Part shown: one piece after another, positions 1 through 12,200 of the stretch
How positions within the stretch are numbered: position 1 is the first letter of the stretch
How the letters are laid out: each line of letters starts with the position of its first letter
Assembly: GCA_964016885.1 (NCBI GenBank)
Contig: OZ024755.1
Span: forward strand, 24,304,001-24,368,000
Reading direction: 5' to 3'
DNA length: 64,000 nucleotides
Source of the DNA: Eledone cirrhosa
Taxonomy: Eukaryota
The notes under the pieces: model-generated
The model's input: the letters and a program-made list of their open reading frames with translations, nothing else
Database searches by the model: none
Told to the model about the DNA's origin: nothing
Position numbers and translations under genes: made by a program

Positions 1-1040
1 ATTCCACTCGGCTATAAAAGCAGTGACCCTCACTCTTACTGCAGCATCCAGGATGTGGGAAGGAGCAAAAGAATTACTGACTGTGGCGTCCCAAATGAGT
101 CATCTACCTCTTATCCATGGATAAAGGGTAAGACCATCTGGTCTTTTCCCATCATCTCTGGACAATCCAGCTGGTTCTAGAATTGAGGCGATATTTACCC
201 AAGTCAGGGCCCGCTTAATAATTAAGTTTAGCTCCATGTGGAGAGCGAAGCGACCAGCATTCAGGCAACAAGACAAACCTTGAAGACCTGTGGAATCAAG
301 GGCCCTACCACAGCGACATTTCAGTCTCACAGATATTGGCTCCCACTAAGTGTAATGGAGATGTAGAGCTCATCTAAGCTGAATAGGCCACAGGTTGGGC
401 ATCAAACCAGTCCCCCAAGAATTTTGTACTCATGGAAAGTAGGTAACACCATGAGAATTGATAAACCTAGCTCCCTTCGCTGTAGTAGAGCTTCATCCAT
501 CTCCTGTTAGAACTAATCCATGTTGGAAAGAAGAGGATGTTACCTACCAAAAGGAAGCAAGCATGGATGGAGAAAATAAAGTAAGGAAGATGAGCATTTA
601 TGCAGACCTAGGTCCCCTAATTGTTTGAGCAATACAGCCAGCCTGGTGCTGACCAAGCATTTGAGTTTACCAATGATTTGATCATCAAAGTGATAGAGAT
701 GATGAGAATCTATAAGACAGACTGACTCTGAACATACACAATAACTTAGGAACCGACAGGTAATTTCTAAGTATATATAAAAAAAACCTTGATGGGGCTC
801 AATTGCCTCAATGCTTTTTAGTAGTCGCTCAAGGTGAGCTCAAAAGCCAGGTCAGTAATTGGGATTCCTAGAGAGCACCATGTTGGTGAAGGATTCCGTA
901 AACAGGTCTAGTCTGCTGATGTGAAGCTTGGTGGTTGAGGAGCCAGAGCTTGCATTTGCAACTGTTGACATGGAGGCCCCAACGCCCAAGTTCCTCAATC
1001 ATTATTTTCACAGTTTCAAAAGCCCCCTCAGGAGGACCCC
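1..1040 (-). mobile_element. Decayed CRE-like non-LTR retrotransposon (RT C-terminus, Zn-knuckle, restriction-like endonuclease)
   Basis: Minus-strand translation gives CRCGRALDSTG..GLSC, LEPAGLSRDDGKRPDGLTLYPW and DATV..AE, the knuckle/RLE motif order of CRE-type elements. Upstream GGLG-like and LG.PI-like RT remnants are present; frameshifts and stops throughout. Confidence 0.8.
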
Positions 1041-1064
1041 GAAACAAGCATTATTAAGATTTAA

Positions 1065-1245
1065 AAAAGTTAGTCTCGAGCCTAAAGGCTCATCGGGCCG
1101 GTACTTGTCCAGTTTCCATGGCGTGAAGAAACAGAGTACAAGACTCCCTCTAGATAGGACGCCAGTCCATCGCAGGGCTACCTCACCACCAGCTATTGCT
1201 GGTACTCATTTTCAGATGAGTATACTGGAAACTGTGCAGTGATAG
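1065..1245 (-). mobile_element. SINE fragment (same family as 18316-18595 and 48019-48300)
   Basis: Reverse complement matches the 'aaatgagtaccagcaatagctgg...ccctgcgatggactggcgtcct' core of the other copies. Confidence 0.7.
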
Positions 1246-1297
1246 AAACGAAAGAAATTTCTCTAGAGAAAAACAGGTCTATTCATGTCGCCATCTC

Positions 1298-1338
<41 letters not shown>

Positions 1339-2314
1339 TTGTATAGGGGTCGTGCTGGGGACGAAGAAAAGGTACCCAGTGAACGCGCTGCCAGAAATCG
1401 AACACTAACAACAAAACCACGCGCCTTCGCATTTTTACAGTAGGATGTTAAATAGAAGATATTTAGCTGTTATTTTTAGCACGTCGATCAACCACCTACA
1501 GTTCACTCGCTCTATTATTAGTTTAATTGCAAACGACGGGTTACTGGCGAGAGCAGTAATTACTTTTGTTTACCGATACGGATGAAATGATACCGTACGT
1601 TGTTAATATCGCTTTTCCTTAACGATAATTTTGTTAATAAGAAAATACATAAACATCACAACATCTTGCTTCACTTCTAATTCTAAACATGAACTTTAGT
1701 GCTTGTATAACTGCTATTGCCTGTTAGAGTTGAAATTACTGTTTATTATTAAATCGAGAGATAGACAAAAACAGACAGAAATAAACAACACGTGTCCTAG
1801 TACAGATAGAACACCTACCTACCCGTATGTAAGTATCGGGTATTTGAAAATGACCTTCAGCAACTTCAGCAATAAAAAAAAATAACAAAGGCAAGCTTCT
1901 CTTTATCACACGAAAAAACAAAACTCATTCTAGCGTCCTATCTATATCTTTCGTTAAAAACTATAAATTTAAGCTGTGTGTATGTATATATATATGTATG
2001 AAATGTGTACCTTATAACGTAAATTACCGTAAATAAATAATTGATCAGCATAAATAATTGATCAGTATATATAATAGCCAGAAAATCGGGCAAAGTACCC
2101 CTGGAAACGGAAGAATTAGACACGGCAGACGTCTGTATGTACTTTTTCCCTCGTCTCCTGATATTTATAGTGATTGACTTTTAACATAGTCATTGCATTA
2201 GGACCTTCATTTCAAATGTTCCTAATGCTTAACACACCTCATTAACCCTGAACTAGGGAAACACAAAACGATATCTCGTTTACTTTTATATATATGTATA
2301 TATACATATAAATA

Positions 2315-2427
2315 ATTGTTTCTACTTTTGGCACAAGGCCAGCAAATACCCAGTGCATTACTGGTACTTTATTTTATCGACCCCGTAAGGATGAAAGGCA
2401 AAGTTAACCTCGGCGGGATTTGAACTT
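2315..2427 (-). mobile_element. CORE-type SINE, 5'-truncated
   Basis: ttggcacaaggccagcaa...ctggtactttattttatcgaccccgtaaggatgaaaggcaaagttaacctcggcgggatttgaac recurs many times in the window. Confidence 0.85.
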
Positions 2428-2699
2428 TATAAATAATGTGTGTTGTTGTTGTTGTTTTGATAAACCAGGTTACTTCCTCACACGTAAAGGTTTCATACAG
2501 TAAAAGGAAAATAGTGAATTTGGAGTGTCAATCCCTTGTGATTCCAGGATTTATACTCATTTTTTTTTTTTCCTTCAAAAGGATGGAGGTGTTTTATCTC
2601 CTCATGAAACTGACATTACTTAATGAAGTTCGTCATCTATGGCTTATTCATATGTATTATTTCATAACTCTATAGAACTATTAGAATGTTTGTGCAGTG

Positions 2700-3790
2700 T
2701 TCTGTGTCCAACCAGGTTTGTACAACAGGTTAGAAAAATGATGATTCGGTGACGGTTTCTTCTGATAGGAGCCTCTTCCACGTCGGAAGATCGAAGTGTG
2801 TTTTCTTATCTTCTTCAATACTTTCATAAACGGCGTCGGAGATTTAAAACTTATGTTTCGATTGGTGTACACATAAAGCAGCCATTAAATATATACATGT
2901 ATTGAACGTTCGAAAAGTGATCAACACATAGACCTGATATAAACTGTCTAATGTTTATTCCTTACATTTGGCACAAGAACTCAGATGTATAAAAGACGGT
3001 TATTATTTAGAACTTTGGAGATCTTCGAAGATGGGTGGGACACTAACTGGGACATATAAATTGAATGAACAAAACAAAAATAAACGAAAAAGTAGATAAG
3101 AGGGTTCCTCTACCGCTAGTTTACTTCTAACACGTGTTTCACTCATAAAGTTGACTTAAAAACAATTGATAATTACATATATATGAAAGGGAAAGATAAG
3201 TAATGAGAAAAGGGGGCAGATCTATCTGGCAGGACTCGGAAATATAGGATTGCTACTAAGAGCTCCAGGGCGATAGATTTATATTTTTAATATCAGAAGA
3301 CGTATACGAAGAGATAAAACACTTTTATCAAAATAATATATGTGCCTTTGTTGATAAAGTCACCGAAACCTTTCGATGATCCCCGATAAATATATAATAC
3401 ATAGTGGGTGAGCAGAAATGTAAGGTGTTTTGATTAATTGACTAGTGTGTTCCTACATGTGCGAGAGAGGGTAACTTCAATTGCTTTTGTTTTATATAAT
3501 ATATTTTGTGTTAATTATTGTTTTATAATAATTTATACTTATTTCATGTTTTATCGAATTTATCTGTCTGACGTATAAACTCTTTATATATATATATAAC
3601 TTTCTTCAGGCCTACATGTAATGTAACTCCCATGTTTATAATATTTTGTCTGGCTCTACATGTATCGTTACCCTGTTTACTATATCATATACAACGGCGT
3701 CTGTCCAGTCCCACATGTAATGTAAACGCTATGTTTACGTTTACTGTATTTCTATAGACAATAAATTGTGGCTAATAAATAAATCAAAAT
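2700..3790 (+). mobile_element. Possible highly decayed Penelope-like element remnant
   Basis: Short broken motifs (FIPYIWH..KTVI; YVPLLIK/PFVDK-like) loosely resemble the PLE RT C-terminus, and an AT-rich tail with AATAAA follows. No continuous ORF. Confidence 0.3.
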
Positions 3791-3861
3791 TATTATTATG
3801 AGATAATGGAATAATGTCATTAAAAATAGACCATAAAAATGAATGGATTTGCATTGCTTAC

Positions 3862-3918
3862 CTGATTCCACAACCGTGAATAGGATACACGTTGCAACAG
3901 TTTCCTAGCGGCCGCCAT
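3862..3918 (-). CDS. Probable first coding exon of an unidentified gene (MAAARKLLQRVSYSRLWNQ), mitochondrial-presequence-like
   Basis: AAAATGGCGGC (YY1/Kozak-like) start context, 19 open codons, consensus donor CAG|GTAAGC at 3862/3861. The peptide is rich in R/S/L/A with no acidic residues. Confidence 0.65.
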
Positions 3919-3949
3919 TTTAGAAATCTCACATGTCACTAAACAGAGC

Positions 3950-4600
3950 GTGAGAGGTATATAAGTGATATAGAGAGAGGGTAAGAGAGATGTATAACTG
4001 ATATAGAGAGGGAGTAAGAGAGATGTATAAGTGATATAGAGAGGAGTAAGAGAAATGTAAAAGTGATATACAGAGGGAGTAAGAGATGTATAAATGATAT
4101 AGAGAGGGGTAAGAGAGATGTATAAATGATATAGAGAGGATTTAAGAGAGATGTATAAATAATATAGAGAGGGGGGTGATAGAGATGAATAAGTGATATA
4201 GAGAGGTGGTAAGAAAGATGTATAAGTGATATAGAGAGGAGTAAGAGAGGTGTATAAGTGATAGAGAGCAGTAAGAGAGGTGTATAAGTGATAGAGAGCA
4301 GTAAGAGAGGTGTATAAGTGATAGAGAGCAGTAAGAGAGGTGTATAAGTGATAGAGAGAGTTGAGAGAGATGTATATAATTAATACAGAGGGGAGAGAGA
4401 GGTATATCAGTGATATAGAGAGAGGGTTAGAGGGTTATATAAGTGATATAGAGAGAAGATGGGGGAGAGATATATCAGCGATATAGAGAGAGGGTGAGCA
4501 ATAGATATATCAGTGATATAGAAAAAAGGAGGGAGATGTATAAGTGATATAAAGAGGGAGAGAGAGATGTCTGAGTGATACAGAGAGAGAGAGGGGAAGA
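3950..4600. repeat. GA-rich minisatellite, ~30-34 bp unit
   Basis: Repeating gtaagagaggtgtataagtgatagagagca variants. Confidence 0.9.
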
Positions 4601-4625
4601 TATGTATCTTTTCTTCTTCACCCAC

Positions 4626-5075
4626 TTATTCCTGAGAGGGTCGTGGGGGCAGAGTCCTCAAACATTCCTTCCAGTGGGTCCTGTCAGAAGCAACCGTCTC
4701 CAACGGATCCAGCTGGATCCCCAAGTAGGACCAGCCAAGCTCATGGATGTTACCCAACCATCTTGCACGGGGTCTACCCCTGGGTCTCCTACCGGTTGGT
4801 TTCACCCGTAAAATCTGTCCAGCAATTCTTTCCTGAGACATTCTAACCACATGCCCATAGTATCGAAGCTGTGACCTCTCAATTCGGAGAAGTAGCGGCT
4901 CTACTTGGAGTGACTCTCTGATCTCTGAGTGACACTCTTTATCTAGTAACGTTACTCAACAGACCTTTCGGAGGAGTCCCATTTTGGCCGTTTGTATTTG
5001 TGATCGTATTCTTTCGGTCATTACTCAAGATTCATCACCATAAGTAAGGGTCGGCACAAAAACTGAATTGAAGAC
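4626..5075 (-). mobile_element. RTE-clade LINE 3' fragment
   Basis: Translation has FVPTLTYGDES, WLGHVVRM-like and GRRPRGRPRARW motifs. Related pieces lie at 15300-15620, 21600-21800 and 59968-60240. Confidence 0.85.
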
Positions 5076-5696
5076 AGCATAACCACTGTAACGTAGTTGT
5101 GTAGGGGTCATGACAAAAATCACCCAGTACTCACTGTAAATGCGGTTGGCATTATGAAGGGCATCCAGCTGTAGAAACCAAGCCAAAATCAGTTCTGACC
5201 TAACATTACCCACAACAGATCAACTCATCTAACCCGTGCCAGCGTGGTAAAATGGATGTAAAACGAGGATGATGATGATGGCCAGCTGCTTATGTCATCC
5301 CAACATGACACAAGACAACTGAGGACATAATCAGGCGTAAAAAACAGTAAACATTTAGTAATCAGCTTCTGAGTTATGGCAAAATATATACAGAGAATTG
5401 ATACAGAGGCAGTCCGTCAAATTATGCAAAAGCTGTGATAGATGGCCAACTTATGCAACGCACTCAACAATATTATGCATTGTGGGTTTATAGGTACGTC
5501 CAAGGAAGGCGGATATTGAATAATGATATTCCTATGGTGAGCTGATATTGGACGCTATCAACCACAGCTAGTCATACACCCACTCAAATCCATTTGTTTG
5601 CTGTCTTTAACAAGATCAGGGGTGCCAAATGGTCTGTGATAGCAGCGTTGGTCACTGGCCAATGACCGGCATAGCATTATGGTGAATCTCTTAAAG

Positions 5697-5852
5697 CAGG
5701 CATGTCAAACTGAGTGTCCCCCAAGGGCAACACATGACAACTAACTGTGCATATTACAACTAATTTTACAAAGATAAAATATGCTCGCACTGTAAAAACC
5801 TTTGTGCAAGCCACAGGTGTGCTTGTAAAGGGCTGCATGTCTGACATGCCTG
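5697..5852. mobile_element. hAT (Charlie-like) MITE, 156 bp
   Basis: TIRs CAGGCATGTCAAAC / GTCTGACATGCCTG flanked by a perfect 8-bp TSD TCTTAAAG (5689-5696, 5853-5860). Confidence 0.9.
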
Positions 5853-6104
5853 TCTTAAAGGGTATAAAAATTTGTAGTGTAACATGTTATATTCTGAAAT
5901 TGACATACTAATTTGCATATTTTCTGGCATGATTGCATGCATACATATGGCGATGGTGGTAGTTGTGATGATGGGGTTGGTGATGATAATAATAATAATG
6001 TATCATAAAATTATAATGTGTTATATATTCCATAAAACACATAAAGATGACACAATGCCAACAAAATATGTTAAAAAGAAATTATCTGATGTTTCATGTG
6101 AGAA

Positions 6105-7035
6105 TTGACTGGGTGAGAAGAATAGAGCCAGGGATAAATGTTGTGAAGAGAAGGTTGGGTCATGTGTTGAGGAAGGAAGAAAGTGACTGGGTGAGAGGAA
6201 TAGAGCCAGGGATAAATGTTGTGAAGAGAAGGTTGGGTCATGTGTTGAGGAAGGATGAAAGTGACTGGGTGAGAGGAATAGAGCCAGGGATAAATGTTGT
6301 GAAGAGAAGGTTGGGTCATGTGTTGAGGAAGGAAGAAAGTGATTGGGTGAGAGGAATAGAGCCAGGGATAAATGTTGTGAAGAGAAGGTTGGGTCATGTG
6401 TTGAGGAAGGAAGAAAGTGATTGGGTGAGAGGAATAGAGCCAGGGATAAATGTTGTGAAGAGAAGGTTGGGTCATGTGTTGAGGAAGGAAGAAAGTGATT
6501 GGGTGAGAGGAATAGAGCCAGGGATAAATGTTGTGAAGAGAAGTTTGGGTCATGTGTTGAGGAAGGATGAAAGTGACTGGGTGAGAGGAATAGAGCCAGG
6601 GATAAATGCTGTGAAGAGAAGCTTGGGTCATGTGTTGAGGAAGGAAGAAAGTGATTGGGAGAAGAGGAAAAGAGCCAGGGATAAATGTTGTGAAGAGAAG
6701 TTTGGGTCATGTGTTGAGGAAGGAAGAAAGTGATTGGGAGAAGAGGAAAAGAGCCAGTTATGAATGTTGTGAAGAGAAGCTTGGGTCATGTGTTGAGGAA
6801 GGAAGAAAGTGATTGGGTGAGAGGAATAGAGCCAGTTATGAATGTTGTGAAGAGAAATGGAATGAGATGGTTGGGTTATGTGTTCAGAAAGGATGATAGT
6901 GACTGGGTGAGGGGAAAAGAGCCCATGGTGAATGTTGTGAAGATAAATAGAATGGGATGGTTGGGTCATGAGAAGCCTAGAAACAGTGATGAATGTTGTG
7001 AAGAGAAGTTTGGGTCATATGTTGAGGAAGGATTT
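6105..7035 (+). repeat. 78-bp tandem repeat (~11 copies) derived from an RTE LINE 3' coding segment
   Basis: 78-bp period. The unit translates as RRLGHVLRKEESDWVRGIEPGINVVK, like the RTE 'RLRWLGHV.R.....WV' motif. A monomer-like relative sits at 43805-43930. Confidence 0.9.
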
Positions 7036-7682
7036 CTGAATTGGGAGTGCCAAATTTGGTCAATTTAGTTGTAGTGATTAGTTTAGCTCTTTGCACTCTA
7101 AAATGGTCAGAAAATGCAATTTGAATCTAAGCAGGTCATATTACATTTACACCTTTCAATAATTATAAAGTATTTATAGTAAAATGACCTATGAAATCTG
7201 TCTCTGAATACACATACTAGCAATTGACAAATAGTGATTTGTGTAGAAAAAAATATACTATGAAGCTTAACATTACACTGTTCAAATATTGACCAAAATA
7301 TAAAAAACTTTGATATGCAATAAACATAGCATGTACATAAATTGTAGCACATATACAAATAGATTTGTGTTTTGGTAATTGGAGAGAAAAATATAATCAG
7401 TGGGGCCCTGTATATATGTTGCCGACAGCACATCAACATGAGATATTCTTCTCCACAAAGTTCGATCACCTGCAGCTGAGTTTAAAGAACAAAGATAAAG
7501 TCCAGTCCATAAGTTGGAACAGCCAAAAGCCGTCAAAGAAAACAATGGGTAAAAATTAGGTGACCTTGAAAACTAAGGTAGCCTTTTTTGTTCTGAGTAT
7601 GAATGTAAACATATATTATATCAGCACTTACACTACTTTCTTTACCACACACGGATATTTTGTGCTATATATATATAAATAT

Positions 7683-7880
7683 ATAGGAAAAAGGTTAACC
7701 CCGACGGCAGAGCTCAAGCCGTATCGACGGCTATTTCTAGACTGTCCAGAAATAGCCGTCGAAACGGCTTGAGCTCTGCCGTCGGGGTTAAACTTTTTCC
7801 TATTACCCACTCTACTACCCTAAGTATTGAGTACTCTGGTGCGTTATGGTCCATCTGGTTCCTTACCACACCTCCTTCGT
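7683..7880. mobile_element. Fold-back element: 121-nt near-perfect palindrome plus ~75-nt tail
   Basis: 60-bp arms with 3 mismatches centred on 7743. The tail accctaagtattgagtactctggtgcgttatggtccatctgg is shared with the copy at 56801-56985. Confidence 0.85.
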
Positions 7881-8889
7881 TATATAAATATAAATAAATA
7901 CATTTATGCGTGTACACGAATCGAACATGCTTCACAAGTTTTATAACGTACGAGTAATTGAACGACGAACACCGGATGATTTGAGAGAAAAATAAGGCAT
8001 TGGAAGATAAATGCGTGCGCGTGTGTGTGTGCGTGTGTGCAGTTATTTGGTTCAAATATAGTCAAAGGGAGATAATCGGTATAAATCTAAAGTAGTCAAC
8101 TGTCGTCTGCTGAGTGGTACTGAACCAGTTTAACGCTAATTAAAACTAATAATAACATGCATTTGCTGCAATAGTATAAATTAGAAAAGCTGGAGTGTTA
8201 ATAGTGGGTGGTTAGGGACTCGATGATTTTACAATTTACCCTTGTGTTAGATAGAGGTAGAAACCCTATAAAACACACTACTGCCAGTGACTCATTTGTC
8301 TTTTGCAACATCAGAGATGAACAGAATAAACAACTGAAATAAAATGTTTTATACTACCACAGAATTATAATTATTTTTTCCTATATAAAATTACTTGATG
8401 TTACCTGCATTGACAAATATAGACATTCCCAAATTTACCCGTTTTATGACGGGTCCCACTCGATTGTACTGGGAGCACCCACAGACAGACATACATACCC
8501 GTGCGTAAACTCTCGCACCCTTAATTAACCCAACAGGGTATAGTTTTGTGTATCGAAGATAACACTGTGCACTCTATCCTTCAGTATGTTTTTTTAGGGA
8601 GATTTGGCTGTTATTTCTAGCACATCTCAACAGGGGGAGTCCCCATACGATCGTAAATAAACTAGAAATAGCAGGCAAATCTTCCTGAAAAATAAACACC
8701 CAAATGTCTTTATATACATATAAAGTTAACTCATGGAATTTACCTTGGCTGTATTCCATCATAACAGCACAATCAGCTTCCCAGCATCTTGTATAGTCAA
8801 AGGTATCCGGCGATCCAGAGGCTGGTTAATCCATGGTAATGAAACAAAATAAACATCGGGATGCAGAAATACAAAGTCATATTAGGTTC

Positions 8890-8925
8890 ATGCTTGGAGG
8901 GCGTGGAGGCGCGTTTGAATTTTAA
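8890..8925. promoter_or_regulatory. Putative CDE/CHR-like promoter element in a candidate bidirectional promoter
   Basis: GGGCGTGGAGGCGCGTTTGAAT (GC-box, GGCGCG, TTTGAA) lies between a - strand donor (AAG|GTAAAT at 8744) and a + strand donor (GAG|GTAAGC at 9222). Confidence 0.4.
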
Positions 8926-9259
8926 CAGGTTGATTTTTGTTTAATATATGTCTATGGTACTAAAACATCACTGCATCTCTCCGCCTTTAAATATAAACAA
9001 CATGAAATTAAAAGAACGTAGGAGTTCCCTCCAAATACTAAGCCTCGCTTTCACTAAAGATCTCACATGTTTAATGTACATTACTAAACATGGCTGTAAC
9101 TGCTTTTAATAGACTGGCTCGTCTCTTCAGCATCGATGGATAAAGATTAAATTATGCTCAAGGCAAATCGAAGAAAACTATTTTTATGGGAACGTTGGGA
9201 CTTCCCTCTTATGGTTTTTGAGGTAAGCTCACATACTTAAAACATTGTCACCGGAGAGA

Positions 9260-12200
9260 GAGAGCTGTGTGCGGGAAGGAGCCAACAAAAAGAGAGAGTG
9301 AGAGGAGAAAGAAAGAATGAGAGGGAGAGAGTGATACAGTTAGTAAATGAAGAGGAGTGAGTTGAGAGTTTTGTGATTAAATCGCAGAAAACCAGACGAC
9401 ACAATATGAAATATTAAACACGATATTAAAAAAATACTTTTGGAAATAAGACAATAATTTATCTACATACATGCATACATAAATATATACATATGTTTAC
9501 AAGTATATTTATGTTTATATATATATACACACACACACATGTAACATCGTCTGCTAAGACAACTACGAATACTTTTACCGGAATTTCACTAAGTTTAGGG
9601 TTTAATCTTACTTTGATTTCATTAATTTTCGTTATTAATGTTTTATTATAAAGTTGTGAATGTAATTGTGACGAATACATTGATGTTTGATAGTCGGGTT
9701 TTATTATTTTATTTATTTTGTCCAAGATATTTTTACCTGGTAGAGCACCCAAGTAGGGACTTGGTGTCTTTCTGTATGTTTACAGAATTACTACCACTTA
9801 ACTGTAAAATTGATCTGATTTTGCACACCCGCAATTTTATACCATGAGAATGAAGAAGAGGTGAAGTAGGAGTGTTTACGTTTGCTTGGTGAGAGAGACA
9901 GAAAGGAGATAGTATGGGGGTAGGAGGGGTATGTTTACAGAATTACTTCCCCCTGGACTGTAAAATTGATCTGATTTTGCACACCCGCAATTTTGAGAGA
10001 ACGGAGAAGAGGTTTGGTGAGAGAGAAAAAGGAGATAGCGTGGTGGTAGAAGGGATCAGATATAAAGACACAGAGAGGGGAGTGAGTGGAAAAGAAAGGC
10101 AGAGAAATACAGACAGAGGAATATCGAGTGAATAGGAGGAAAGGCAGAGAGAGGGAGGTAGAAAGTGCAGAGTAAGAGAGAAGGGAAAACAAAAGAGAGA
10201 GAGAGAATTACTATAGGAGGGACAGGGCGATAGAAAGAAAGAGACAAGAAACAAAGAGAGGGAGAGAGAGAAGGAGCTGTGTGAGAGGGGGGAAAGAGGG
10301 AGAGAGAGAAGGAGCTGTGTGAGAGGGGGGAAAGAAGGAGAGAGAGTCAGACAGTAAGTAAATCAAGGGGAGTGAGTTGAGAGTAATGTAATTAAATGGA
10401 AGAAAACCAGACGACACAATATGAAATATTAAACACGATATTAGAAAAATATTCTTGTAAATAAGACAATTTATATATACATACATAAATATATACATAT
10501 GTTTACAGGTATATTTATATACACACACACACATGTAACATTGTCTGCCAAGACAGCTACGAATACTTTTACCGGAATTTCACGAAGTTTAAGTTTTCAT
10601 TTTACTTTTACTTCGTTATTTTTCTTTATTAATGTTTTATTATAAAGTTGTGAATGTAATTATGGCGAATACGTTGATGTTTGATAGTCGGGTTTTATTT
10701 ATTTATTTTGTCTGAGATATTTTTACCTGGTAGAGCACCCAAGAAAGGACTTGGTGTCGTTCTGTATGTTTACAAATTTACTGTAAAATTCATCTGATTT
10801 TGCACACCCGCAATTTTTTTCAAGGAGAGAGAACGGAGAAGAGGTGAGGTGGGAGTTTATATTTGGTTGGTGAGAGAGACAGAAAGGAGATAGTATGGTG
10901 GTAGGAGGGGGTATGTTTACAGAATTACTTCCCCCTGGACTGTAAAATTGATCTGATTTTGCACACCCGCAATTTTATTCCAGGAGAGAGATCGGAGAAG
11001 AGAAGAGGTGAGGTGAGAGAGAGAGAAAGGAGATAGTGTGGTGGTAGGAGGGGGTAGTTGTGAAGACACACAGAGAGGGAGAGAAAGACAGAAATACAGA
11101 GCTGCAGAGAGAGAGACTGAAGTGAGAGGGGTGTTGAGTGAATAGGAGGTAAAGTGAGGGAAAGAAGGAGAGAGAGACAGAAAGAAGAGGCCTGCAAAGA
11201 GAGAGAGTAGAGGCTGTGTGAGAGGAGAAAGAAAGAGAGAGAAAGAGAGTCATACAATAAGTTTTGTCGAGATTAAATGGAAGAAAACGAGACGACACAA
11301 TTTGAAATATTAAACACGATATTAAAAAAATATTTTTGGAAATACGACAATAATTTATCTACATACATAAATATATACATATGTTTACAAGTATATTTAT
11401 ATTTATATATATATACACACACACATGTAACATCGTCTGCTAAGACAACAACGAATACTTTTACCGGAATTTAACGAAGTTTAGGGTTTAATCTTACTTT
11501 GATTTCATTAATTTTCGTTATTAATGTTTTATTATAAAGTTGTGAATATAATTATGGCGAATATATTGATGTTTGATAGTCAGGTTTTATTATTTTATTT
11601 ATTTTGTCTGAGATATGTTTACCTGGTAGAGCGCCCAAGTAGGGACTTTGTGTCTTTCCGTATGTTTACAGATTTACTACCACTTGACTAAAATTGATCT
11701 GATTTTGCACACCCGCAATTTTATTCCATGAGAACGAAGAAGAGGTGAGGTGGGAGTGTTTACATTTGCATGGTGAGAGAGACAGAAAGGAGATAGTATG
11801 GTGGTAGGAGGGGGTATGTTTACAGAATTACTTCCCCCTGGACTGTAAAATTGATCTGATTTTGCACACCCGCAATTTTATTCCTGGAGAGAGAACGGAG
11901 AAAAGAAGAGGTGAGGTGAGAGAGAGAAAGGAGTTAGTGTGGTGGTAGGAGGGGGTCAGATGTAAAGACACACAGAGAGGGGAGTGAGTCGGAGAGAAAG
12001 GCAGAGAAATACAGTGCAGCTGAATAGAAAGAGAGTGACAGACAGGCAGATAGATAGAGGGAGATGTTGAGTGAATAGAAGGTAACACAGAGAGAAGAAA
12101 AGGAGAAAGGACAAATAGATAGAGAGAGAACGACGTGGGTGCAGAAAGAGAAAGAAGCTGTGTGAGAGGGGAAAGAAAGAAAGAGAGAGAGTCAGTAAGT

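Noticed and set aside
5370-5560. Possible exon or TE-derived ORF (RGSPSNYAKAVIDGQLMQ...)
   Set aside because: Stops in all frames nearby and no family could be assigned.
7362-7577. Possible + strand coding exon (CFGNWREKYNQWGPVY...)
   Set aside because: No recognisable domain, a stop precedes the best donor, and no compatible neighbouring exons were found.
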